Positions 1 through 13,491 of a DNA stretch of 64,000 nt are shown here, piece after piece. Below the pieces are notes generated by a model. That model saw only the letters and a program-made list of their open reading frames with translations. It ran no database searches and was not told the origin of the DNA. Made by a program: the position numbers and the translations under genes. Numbering within the stretch: the stretch's first letter is position 1; the number at the start of each line of letters is the position of its first letter. Source of the stretch: a virus (lineage: Duplodnaviria > Caudoviricetes); IMG/VR virus record IMGVR_UViG_3300032237_000561, positions 1-64,000 of that record. One strand, given 5' to 3'.

Positions 1-2
1 AC

Positions 3-2468
3 ACCGACGACGCGCATATCTTCCTCGATGTCACCAAGGATGAGCGCAAGGACACCGGCCCGGATCATGTGGTCTCGGAGAAGGACATCGTCCACTTCGC
101 CCGCGTGATGGCGGCATGTGAGGCCAACGAGCAGCCCTACCCGCGTCAGCTGGTGGCGTTCCTGGCCCGCTACGCCCAGACCGCCGATGACCGGCCCTCG
201 GACTATCAGGCCCCCAACACCGAGGACGCGGAGCCGTCGCTGAACAAGCTGCGTGACTTCGCTGACCGCAAGCAGGAGGACGACTTCGGCGATATGGCCG
301 GACGGGTCCATGAGATTCAGGACGCGGTCGACAACGCCCGCAAGGACGGGGTGGATGCCTCGCAGTTCGTCGCGGCGGTGCGCCGGATTGTGGCCGACAA
401 CGGTACTCCCGACGGCTACGAGGCAGTACCTGGTGGCGCAAAAGGAACTCAGCTTTATCGTGAGAAGGCGGACGGAAAATCCGTTGGCGAAGCATGGGGT
501 GCTGATCGGGGCAACAGGGGTATCGAGGTTGGCCCGAATGGCAATCGTCAAGTCAAGTTTGACGGCAGTGGATCGCAAGGGCCGGACAACGGTAAGTTCA
601 ATTACGACGGCGGCGCATACGGCGGTGCTAGTGGCAAAGCTGACCCCCAGGGGTTTGCCGATAGCTTCCCAGGCGCGGCCCCTGACGCTCCCACACCCAA
701 CGGTGCCCGTGGCGGTCGTGGCGGCAACCCCCTGACCCCGCAGTCGGTCGGCAACGGTGCCGTCAAGCCTGGCTCACCTCCCGCCCCAGGTGCCCCCGTC
801 AAGCCCGGTGCTCCCGGTGCTCCCGGTGCCCCTGCTACTCCCGGTGCGGCCAGTGGCTTGCCTGCGGCAGGCGGCGGTACTGCGCCCGGCGGCGGTACTG
901 CGCCCGGCGGTGGCATGACCACAGGCGATGTTGCCGATGGTGGTGTAGCTGGTGCCGAGAACGGCAACAACTCGGCGATCACCTCCGATTCCCTCGCGGG
1001 CGGTAAGTACAAGGTCCAGAAGGGCGATACCCTCTCGGACATCGCCCAGCGCAGCTACGGCGACATGAACAAGTACCAGGACCTCGCGAAGGCCAATGGC
1101 ATCGCGAACCCGGACGTGATCACCGAAGGCCAGGAGATCGACATCGCCAACCCGACCGGTAACGGTGGGGTCTCCGGCGACAAGACCAACCCGGCGGGCG
1201 GCGGGTCGGACAAGAACCTCTCCACACCGGAGGCACCGGCGGCGACGACCGACGCGATAGCTCCCCCGCAGTCTCCTGGCGCGGGGACACCTGGTAGCAC
1301 CAGCAGCACGAGCGCGACCGGTGCCGCACCGGGGGCGGCAGAGGTGGGTGGGGTTCCTGCACCTCCCCCTGCACCCGCCCCCATCAAGGCGCAGAGTTCA
1401 CATCAGCGTCGGGCGGCTCCGACCGCCACGACACCGGCGGACCCTAACGCGGACCCAAATGCCACAACACCCGCGACGACGACTGCGCCCAAGCCGGGCG
1501 CGGCGGCGACTACCCCTCCGGCTCCGGCCTCAACGACCCCCGCACCGGGTGTCGCGGCCACCCCCGGTGGTGCAACCACACCGGGCACCGGTAGGTCTCA
1601 GCCGAAGGCTGGTCCTAGCGAGAGTGGCGACACCTACGACCCCAACGATCCCAACCAGACCCAGCAGCAGCAGGGGACCGGAGCGGACCGCAATGGTGGC
1701 GGACAGGCCGAGAACCCGAGCATGGGTGGCGGAATGGACGCGATGAGCGGTCTCGGTGGCCTGGGTGATCTGGCTTCCGGTGTCGGTTCGGCCCTCCCGG
1801 ACCTGGCTCAGGGCGCGATGTCGGCAGCCCCGGCCATCGCGAGCGGTGTCGGTAATGCGTTCAGCGGACTCATGTCCGGCCTGGGCGGCATCCTCGGCGC
1901 GGCCTCGCCCTCATCATCGCTGTTCTCCAGCCGTCAGGACTTCGACGACTGGGTCCGCTACGCCTACCCCACCGCTGACGGTGAGGGGAAGCTGCAGCCG
2001 CACACCCACCCGTTCGCCGGTTCGGGCTATCCGGGTCCGCTCGACATCGACACCTCCGAGGACTACGCCGACAAGGCCCGCAAGAAGCACGACGACGTGA
2101 CCGACCTGGGTGACGACCCGTTGTCGACCCCGATGGGTAAGTGGCAGCGTCAGTCGTCCCTCGATGACGACGATGACGGCCCCTACCGTGAGGCCAGCTT
2201 CGATGGGTACGACGACAACTCCGACATCGTCCGCTCGTTCCAGGCCAACCTGGGCGAGACCGCGCTCGGCGCGGGTGCCGGTGGTGGCGGACGGTTTGAC
2301 GACCTGGCCGGTGCCGCGCAGGGTTTCCTGCGGACCGCAGGACGGAACTACTCAATGGCCGAGCAGTCGGAACTGATCCGCGAAGGCGATAAGGGCGGGG
2401 CACGCAACCTCGACTCCCTGGACCTGACCGGCACCCATTACGAGGACATGCACACCCTCGGCTGGTGA
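3..2468 (+). CDS. 5'-truncated low-complexity head-region protein with a LysM domain
   Basis: Frame is open from position 3. LysM signature YKVQKGDTLSDIAQRSYGDMNKYQDLAKANGIANPDVITEGQEIDI at ~1002-1146 within G/P/A/T-rich linkers. Lies directly upstream of the prohead protease gene. Confidence 0.8.
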   Translation, partial: TDDAHIFLDVTKDERKDTGPDHVVSEKDIVHFARVMAACEANEQPYPRQLVAFLARYAQTADDRPSDYQAPNTEDAEPSLNKLRDFADRKQEDDFGDMAGRVHEIQDAVDNARKDGVDASQFVAAVRRIVADNGTPDGYEAVPGGAKGTQLYREKADGKSVGEAWGADRGNRGIEVGPNGNRQVKFDGSGSQGPDNGKFNYDGGAYGGASGKADPQGFADSFPGAAPDAPTPNGARGGRGGNPLTPQSVGNGAVKPGSPPAPGAPVKPGAPGAPGAPATPGAASGLPAAGGGTAPGGGTAPGGGMTTGDVADGGVAGAENGNNSAITSDSLAGGKYKVQKGDTLSDIAQRSYGDMNKYQDLAKANGIANPDVITEGQEIDIANPTGNGGVSGDKTNPAGGGSDKNLSTPEAPAATTDAIAPPQSPGAGTPGSTSSTSATGAAPGAAEVGGVPAPPPAPAPIKAQSSHQRRAAPTATTPADPNADPNATTPATTTAPKPGAAATTPPAPASTTPAPGVAATPGGATTPGTGRSQPKAGPSESGDTYDPNDPNQTQQQQGTGADRNGGGQAENPSMGGGMDAMSGLGGLGDLASGVGSALPDLAQGAMSAAPAIASGVGNAFSGLMSGLGGILGAASPSSSLFSSRQDFDDWVRYAYPTADGEGKLQPHTHPFAGSGYPGPLDIDTSEDYADKARKKHDDVTDLGDDPLSTPMGKWQRQSSLDDDDDGPYREASFDGYDDNSDIVRSFQANLGETALGAGAGGGGRFDDLAGAAQGFLRTAGRNYSMAEQSELIREGDKGGARNLDSLDLTGTHYEDMHTLGW

Positions 2469-2481
2469 GCAGGAGGACTGA

Positions 2482-5400
2482 GTGAGCACCCGGCACATCG
2501 CCGCCGAGACCGCTCGGCTGCACGACCTTACCCCTGAGGGGTCTTCTGGTGGTGCGTCCAAGAGGTTTCGTCAAAAGCTGGCCTCCGATGGTTTTACCGT
2601 CGATGAGGGTTTCCGGCTCAAGCCCGGCTATCTCTACACAGTGGTGCGCGCGATCAGTGCACGGGTCAATCAGAACTATGACGGCTGGCCGTCCGACGAG
2701 CTGAAGAAGTCCTACAAGACGTTCATCGGCAAGCCCTGCTTCGTCAACCACGAGAACCACGACCCCACCAAGGCCCGTGGTGTCGTCGTTGCGGCGCGGT
2801 ATGTCGAAAACGGCATGGATAAGTACGTCGAGGTCGTGCAGGAGATCGACGCGGGACGCTTCCCTAAGCTGGCCCATGAGATCAAAACCGGTGGCCTGGA
2901 TAGTGTTTCGATGGGGGCCGAGGCCGGTTTCACTATTTGCAGCTACTGCCACAACAAGGCTACCGATACCCACGACATGTGTGACCATGTCATCAACCAC
3001 AAGGGCAAGACCCTCTCACGCTTGGACCGCAAGACCGGTAAACGCGAAGATGTCTTGGTCTTCGAGTCCTGCCACAAGATCAGCTTCTTCGAGCTGAGTT
3101 ACGTCTTCGAGCCTGCCGACGAGACCGCCGTCGCGTCCAAGGTCGTGGTGGCCGGACTGCGTACCGCCGACACCCTCCCCGAGCAGAGCGGTGCCGCCAG
3201 CGGTACCTCTGCCGCGACTCCGTCGACCGGCGGATCGAACGATGGTAGTGCTGCAGGCGGTCTGCTGCAGACCATGAAGAACGACAACGCGCAGGGGATC
3301 GCCGAGTCTGCCGCCGGTTCTTCCTACGACCTGGGTGGGTCCGGCAAAGGCTCGACCAACGTCAAGGGCCAGCCGACCAACAATTACGACTGCACCGGCT
3401 TGGCCGGTGATCTGATGTCGGCGACCACCGGCAAGCAGGACCCCAGTGCTCCGATGACCACCGACGGCAAGGGTGGCCGGTTCAACACTACGACCGACAT
3501 GAAGAGCATGGGCCTGGTTCCTGGGATCAGCCCCGGTGAGTTCAATATCGGCCTGAACCCCAATCCGGGGACCAGCGGACACGCGGCGGTCCAGCTCCCC
3601 GGTGGCCAGAGGGCCGAGTCGAGCGGTAGGGACGGCGTGGAGTTCGGTCCCGGTGCCCGCGCGATCACCGATAAGCCCTTCACCCAACAGTGGCACATAC
3701 CGGGGACCTCCTACCCGGCTGGGGTCAATCCTCTGGGTGACCCCCGCAACGCGACCCCCTCGGTGGAACAGCTCCTGCTGCCCAGGACCTCAAGCCGCCA
3801 GGACAGTGCCGATCTCGCTGAGATCATGGCGATGGCCCGGACCGCGTCCGAAGACCTGGCCGTTCAGCCCCCTCCCGGTACCCCCACGATTCCCCAGAGC
3901 GTCATTGACAGCACCCCGGTGATCAACCTGTCCCCGGCGACCGAGCTGACCGGCCACGAGGCACCTGGACTTCCTAAATCTTCTGGCAAGTACACCAAGG
4001 ACGATTTCAATCACCCTTCCGGAAAGAAGCCGTGGGAGCGTGAAAATGAGTCCGATGCCGAGGATGCCGCTGCCATCGAGATCGAGTCGATGCTGCTGCG
4101 TACCGCCGAATTGACCCCCGAAGAGCTGGCCCGTAATGCCATGCACACCAGCATCATGACGACCTTGCCGACTTACGCTAAGGCGCATTTGGCGATGGAC
4201 GAACGCGGTGCCCCGAGTGGTGAAAGTATTGACTACGGATCGGGTCAGGCCGGGGTCCACCTGGCACCGACGGTCGGGCACAAGACTTTTGAGCCGTACT
4301 GGCATGAGGGTTCCGAGCCGGACTACAGGTCCGCCGACGAGATTCCTCCAGGTGCCCACGACCGGCTCACGAGCCTGAACGTCCTTAACGTCTTGCAGCC
4401 CGCCGACCGGGCCATCGCGATTAAGACGATGGGCGATAAGATGGCCCCCGGCGGACACGGCGTGGTCAGCGTTCGCAAGTGGAGCGGGGACGTGCAGAAT
4501 TCCGCGCCCCACCGCGATTACCTGGATCGTCAACCCGACCCGTCGGAAGACCCCAATTCTGTCATTACCGGTGGCGCGGGCGACCCGCGCTACCAGCACG
4601 GCTACACCAATCACCGCGAGCTGCTTGACGAACTGCAGGGCCACCTGGGTGACGGGTTTGATGTCAGTCCCGCCTATTACACCGAGCAGCACCCCACCGA
4701 CCCCAACAAGACGGTGAAGAGGCCGATTGGCTCTGGGTTCGCCGCTTACATCGTCAAGCACCCCGCTTCAATGGAAAGGAGCGGCGCAGTGAAAAGACTT
4801 GCGCGGCAACGAGCTTTACGATTGGCCTTCGGCGAGACCGAGGCCCCGATTGCGGTCGACACCCTCCGCGAGGAGGGTTCTGCCCCCGAGGATGACAATA
4901 ACGACTTCGAGCGTTACGTCGAGCCGCCGAAGGACCTGCAGGACCCCGACCTGTCGGAGGCCGGTCAGGTTGACCGCCAGCAGGAAGAGGCCGGTGCCCC
5001 CACCGATCAGACTGGTGGTGTTCCTGGTCCCGCCGAGGGCGGTGCCCCCCAGCAGCAGTTCATGACCCTGCAGATTCCGATCCCCGGCGGGGCACCCCAG
5101 ATTCCCCAGCAGGCCGCGCCGCCGCAGATGGCGCAGCCTCCGATGCCCGAAGAAGACCCTGCCGCGCAACCCCCGCAGCAGATCGCCGCGTCCCTGCTCG
5201 ACTACTTCGACGGCTACTACGGTCGTCGTGTGGCGAACTGGATGGACGCTATAGAAGCTCGACGGGATATGAATCCCGCCGAAGCCGCCGACTATCGACG
5301 GCAACTAGGAAAACTCTCGACCCTGGAAAACGGACGAGAACATTCAACAACCAATAGGAACCCCACGAAAGGAACCGCCAAGATGGCACGCAACAGCATC

Positions 5401-6558
5401 GCCAGCCGCAACAAGGTGGCGACCACTGGGCGGCGACAGCATTTCGCTGAAGGTCCGCTCGTGGACGGTGGCGACCGCAGTCGCAACGACCAGGGCGAGC
5501 AGGAAGAGGCTTTCATCAGCCAGACCCCTCCCCCAGTCTCCGGCGACTTCGTCACCGGTGAGCACCCCGGCATCAGCAATACCGAGCACAGCCTGGTGGC
5601 TCGTGTCCAGCAGGGCCGGGAGCAACTCCTCCGCGATGCCCGTCAGCTGGCCGCGATGCAGCAGCGTCGTGCCTCTGGCGAGGCCGGTGGTCCTACCGCC
5701 ACAGTCGTCGACCCGCGTGTCAACGCCGGTCCGGGTGCCGAGGAGCTGACCGGAGACGGTTTCATCTCGGCGGACCCCAACGACGGTGTCGTCCCGACCA
5801 ACCCCAAGGATGCCTCACTGCGCGCCTTCCAGGCGTTCGACGGCTGGCTGGCCCAGAAGACCGGTAAGTCTTCGCGTCGCCACACCGAGGCCAACATCAA
5901 GAAGGCTGCCGCCGCGTTCACCCGCGAGGCGGGCATCAGCCCCCAGATGCTGTTCCCCGCGCTGGGCATCGTCCTGCGCGAGGCACGTAAGAACGACAAA
6001 GCCAAGAAGGGAGCCTCCATGCGTAAGCGTTCGAACGATTCGCTGGAAGTCGCAGCACCGGACGGTCGCATCGACGTGGAGGCCCCGGTTTCGGGAACTA
6101 CCGACGCGGATGCACAAGCGTCGCAGTTCGACCTGCACGACTTCGGCCAGAACGCCGGAGACAGTGTCGCCAAGCCCGATCTGAGCACTGATCAGAACTG
6201 GGCACCTGGCGAAGCCTCTAAGACCAGCGCGATCAAGACCGCAGGTGGCCTCCTGGCCATGCGGTGTGCCGAAGGCATGATCGAGGCTGGCCTGGAGCCG
6301 AACGACCGCGAGCGGAAGTATCAGCTCGCTGCGGAGTTCGAAAACATGAATCGTGGCCTGATCCAAGATCGGGTCGCGCTTCTCGAAAGGTTCGCCTCGG
6401 TACGCCAGGCAGACCTTAGAAGGGTCGCCAGCGGAAGTTCTCGCGGGGCCGCACGTTCGCCGATCCCGGCAGGTCTCGGTGGTGGAACTCGCACCGCTGC
6501 GGCAGGCATGAGGACGGCGGCGAACGACCCCAGTAATGACAGCTCGCTGTTCATCTGA
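2482..6558 (+). CDS. Prohead (capsid maturation) protease polyprotein: protease + NlpC/P60 + SAM methyltransferase-like domain + scaffold
   Basis: N-terminal FVNH..D and DSVSMG His/Ser motifs with a CxxC..CxH Zn finger (aa ~45-226). YDCTG...GHAA NlpC/P60 dyad (Cys 3391, His 3580). IDYGSG...LNVLNV...YQHGYT class I MTase motifs (~4108-4760). Helical C-terminus. GGAGG RBS; located before decoration and capsid genes. Confidence 0.8.
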   Translation: MSTRHIAAETARLHDLTPEGSSGGASKRFRQKLASDGFTVDEGFRLKPGYLYTVVRAISARVNQNYDGWPSDELKKSYKTFIGKPCFVNHENHDPTKARGVVVAARYVENGMDKYVEVVQEIDAGRFPKLAHEIKTGGLDSVSMGAEAGFTICSYCHNKATDTHDMCDHVINHKGKTLSRLDRKTGKREDVLVFESCHKISFFELSYVFEPADETAVASKVVVAGLRTADTLPEQSGAASGTSAATPSTGGSNDGSAAGGLLQTMKNDNAQGIAESAAGSSYDLGGSGKGSTNVKGQPTNNYDCTGLAGDLMSATTGKQDPSAPMTTDGKGGRFNTTTDMKSMGLVPGISPGEFNIGLNPNPGTSGHAAVQLPGGQRAESSGRDGVEFGPGARAITDKPFTQQWHIPGTSYPAGVNPLGDPRNATPSVEQLLLPRTSSRQDSADLAEIMAMARTASEDLAVQPPPGTPTIPQSVIDSTPVINLSPATELTGHEAPGLPKSSGKYTKDDFNHPSGKKPWERENESDAEDAAAIEIESMLLRTAELTPEELARNAMHTSIMTTLPTYAKAHLAMDERGAPSGESIDYGSGQAGVHLAPTVGHKTFEPYWHEGSEPDYRSADEIPPGAHDRLTSLNVLNVLQPADRAIAIKTMGDKMAPGGHGVVSVRKWSGDVQNSAPHRDYLDRQPDPSEDPNSVITGGAGDPRYQHGYTNHRELLDELQGHLGDGFDVSPAYYTEQHPTDPNKTVKRPIGSGFAAYIVKHPASMERSGAVKRLARQRALRLAFGETEAPIAVDTLREEGSAPEDDNNDFERYVEPPKDLQDPDLSEAGQVDRQQEEAGAPTDQTGGVPGPAEGGAPQQQFMTLQIPIPGGAPQIPQQAAPPQMAQPPMPEEDPAAQPPQQIAASLLDYFDGYYGRRVANWMDAIEARRDMNPAEAADYRRQLGKLSTLENGREHSTTNRNPTKGTAKMARNSIASRNKVATTGRRQHFAEGPLVDGGDRSRNDQGEQEEAFISQTPPPVSGDFVTGEHPGISNTEHSLVARVQQGREQLLRDARQLAAMQQRRASGEAGGPTATVVDPRVNAGPGAEELTGDGFISADPNDGVVPTNPKDASLRAFQAFDGWLAQKTGKSSRRHTEANIKKAAAAFTREAGISPQMLFPALGIVLREARKNDKAKKGASMRKRSNDSLEVAAPDGRIDVEAPVSGTTDADAQASQFDLHDFGQNAGDSVAKPDLSTDQNWAPGEASKTSAIKTAGGLLAMRCAEGMIEAGLEPNDRERKYQLAAEFENMNRGLIQDRVALLERFASVRQADLRRVASGSSRGAARSPIPAGLGGGTRTAAAGMRTAANDPSNDSSLFI

Positions 6559-6602
6559 TCATCGAGCACAACAACTCTAACGAGAACTGAAAGGAGGAGG
6601 AG

Positions 6603-7139
6603 ATGTTTCGTCCACCGTTGTCCAATCCGGCCCAGAAGCGCACGTTGCGTCCGCTCTATGCGAACCACCAAGCGACTCCTTGGGGCGGGTTCCTCGACCC
6701 CGACCTAGACATCAACTTCGACATCCTTCCCGGCACCGTGATGCAGCGGCTGTACGGTGAGGTTTTTGCCCCCTACGTGGGAGCAGCGGGCACCGTGCCC
6801 TTCGGTCTGTCGGCCCTGTTCGTCGCGCCCCGTCTGGGCGTGAACGAGGTCTCCAGCACCGGCACCGGCCTGTTCACTGTATGGGTCGGTGGCGACCAGT
6901 CCGTCTTCGAGGTCTTGGCTCCGGCCTTCGACATCGAGGCCGATTGGCCGTCCGTCAACAACACCGGCCCACGTCGGGTCCTGCTGACCGCCAACTCCTC
7001 GGGTCGTCTGACCCCGGAAGGCGTGACTGCAGAAAACGCCATCGCGGAACTGATCGACATCCCGTCACCGGACAAGATCGTCATCCGTCTCAACCGTGTC
7101 GACCTCTCGTCGGCAACACCACTGGCAGGGGGTAGCTAG
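6603..7139 (+). CDS. Capsid decoration/cement protein (putative)
   Basis: 178 aa beta-rich ORF with strong RBS (AAGGAGGAGG) immediately upstream of the major capsid gene; call is positional. Confidence 0.6.
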   Translation: MFRPPLSNPAQKRTLRPLYANHQATPWGGFLDPDLDINFDILPGTVMQRLYGEVFAPYVGAAGTVPFGLSALFVAPRLGVNEVSSTGTGLFTVWVGGDQSVFEVLAPAFDIEADWPSVNNTGPRRVLLTANSSGRLTPEGVTAENAIAELIDIPSPDKIVIRLNRVDLSSATPLAGGS

Positions 7140-7141
7140 CC

Positions 7142-8143
7142 ATGAGCCTTCCAGTGGCAGCAGGTAGCGGCTTGGGCCGCTTCGCCCGGTCGTCCGAAGA
7201 CTACGTCTCGGACATCGTGGGAGCCAAGCGTCGCCTCGGCGGTCGCAAGCTCTCGGCTCGCGAGAAGCAGGCGAAACTCGCACACATTCTGGCCGACAAG
7301 ACCGGCGGAATTCAGCGACTCGGGCAAAGTATGATCGGCCCGATCCAGCTGCAGCTCCGCTACCAAGGTATCTTGCGGAATGTGTTGCTGGAGGACACCC
7401 TCACACCGGGTGTTCCGATCTTCTACGACGTGCTCGATGACCTCGGTCGTGCCTATATGCTGCACGGTAACGAGGGCGAGATCAAAATCACGCCGTTCGA
7501 AGGCAAGCGCGTCGAGGTGCAGCTGTTCCGCATCGCGTCATTCCCGCAAATCAAAAAGGAAGACCTGTACTACCTCCGTAGCAACATTGTGGAGTACACG
7601 CAGGACATGACCAAGCAGGCCATCATGCGGCAGGAAGACAGCAGGCTCATCACGCTGCTCGAAGCCGCCGCTGTGTCCTACCGCGCGGTCGACACTTCCT
7701 CGGTCCCCGGCTCGGGTGCACTGCCCAACGAGATCACCGTCGCAGGTAACTACCTGCAGCCGGATGACCTCTACACGGCGGTCACCTACACCGACCAGCG
7801 TCAGTTGGACAGCTCGCGTTTGCTGTGCAACCCGCAGGAGTACCGGGACTTCTACCGGTGGGATATCAACACCACCGGTTGGGCGTTCAAGGACTCGGTC
7901 GTTGCTGGCGAGCGTATCGTGCAGTTTGGTGAGTTCCAGATCGGCAAATCCATCATCATCCCGCGTGGCACCACCTACCTGACCCCGGACCCCGAGTTCC
8001 TCGGTGTCTTCCCGGTCATGTACTCCCTCGATGTCGAGGAGAACAACCAGGTAGAGCAGTTCCACAAGGGCTGGGTCATGGACGAGTTGGTCGGAATGGC
8101 CGTCCTCAACCCTCGTGGCATCGTGATCCTCCGCAAGGCGTAA
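7142..8143 (+). CDS. Major capsid protein (HK97 fold)
   Basis: 333 aa; internal VQLFRIASFPQI and C-terminal GWVMDELVGMAVLNPRGIV are typical of large-myovirus capsid proteins; follows protease/scaffold and decoration genes. Confidence 0.85.
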   Translation: MSLPVAAGSGLGRFARSSEDYVSDIVGAKRRLGGRKLSAREKQAKLAHILADKTGGIQRLGQSMIGPIQLQLRYQGILRNVLLEDTLTPGVPIFYDVLDDLGRAYMLHGNEGEIKITPFEGKRVEVQLFRIASFPQIKKEDLYYLRSNIVEYTQDMTKQAIMRQEDSRLITLLEAAAVSYRAVDTSSVPGSGALPNEITVAGNYLQPDDLYTAVTYTDQRQLDSSRLLCNPQEYRDFYRWDINTTGWAFKDSVVAGERIVQFGEFQIGKSIIIPRGTTYLTPDPEFLGVFPVMYSLDVEENNQVEQFHKGWVMDELVGMAVLNPRGIVILRKA

Positions 8144-8153
8144 TCGCGATCTA

Positions 8154-8210
8154 CAGCAAACACTCGGGGCGGCAATCTGGAGCAATCCGGGTGCCGCCCC
8201 GAGTTTGCTG
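8154..8210 (+). terminator. Long stem-loop after the capsid gene (terminator or processing site)
   Basis: cagcaaa-ca-ctcggggcggca-a-tctgga GCAA tccggg-tgccgccccgag-tttgctg: about 25 bp stem with a GNRA tetraloop. Confidence 0.7.
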
Positions 8211-8240
8211 AATAGCCAATATGGAAAGGTTGAGGCGGGG

Positions 8241-8690
8241 ATGTCGGACTGGGTTGACACCAGCGGAAACCCCTGGAGGTTTTCGTCGCTGACAGGTAGC
8301 TGGCAGGCTTATACCGGCACTACCTGGATCAACGCACCGTTGCCTTCTGGCGGTCTGGTCCGCGCAGAAACCTTGAACCCCAGCAGCAATGTCGTCATAG
8401 TCGAGACGATGGGGCCGCAGGGGCCTGCAGGGCCGCAGGGGCCTGTGGGGCCACCCGGTGTCAGCGGGATTTCCATCGAGGAAATCTTGTCCATCGAGTA
8501 TCAGGATGGTGTCAACAACACCTTCCCGTTATCAAATAGTGCCGATCTCAGTCAGGTTTTCCAAGTTTTTCGTAACGGCCTCATGGAATTTCAGGGCCAC
8601 GGCTACCTGGTGACACCGACACACGTCACCTTCACCACCCCGCCCCTGGACAGCGATGTCCTGACGGTCATCTACCAGAAAGCGCAGTAA
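8241..8690 (+). CDS. Small virion protein with short collagen stretch and C-terminal beta domain
   Basis: GPQGPAGPQGPVGPPG; C-terminal domain resembles that of 8696-9778; ATG 8241 is preceded by a purine-rich RBS. Confidence 0.75.
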   Translation: MSDWVDTSGNPWRFSSLTGSWQAYTGTTWINAPLPSGGLVRAETLNPSSNVVIVETMGPQGPAGPQGPVGPPGVSGISIEEILSIEYQDGVNNTFPLSNSADLSQVFQVFRNGLMEFQGHGYLVTPTHVTFTTPPLDSDVLTVIYQKAQ

Positions 8691-8695
8691 CAAAC

Positions 8696-13490
<4,795 letters not shown>

Positions 13491-13491
<1 letters not shown>

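Noticed and set aside
2482-6558. Inteins as the explanation for the oversized protease gene
   Set aside because: No C/S...HN-[CST] splice junctions or LAGLIDADG motifs were seen; the inserts are NlpC/P60- and MTase-like.
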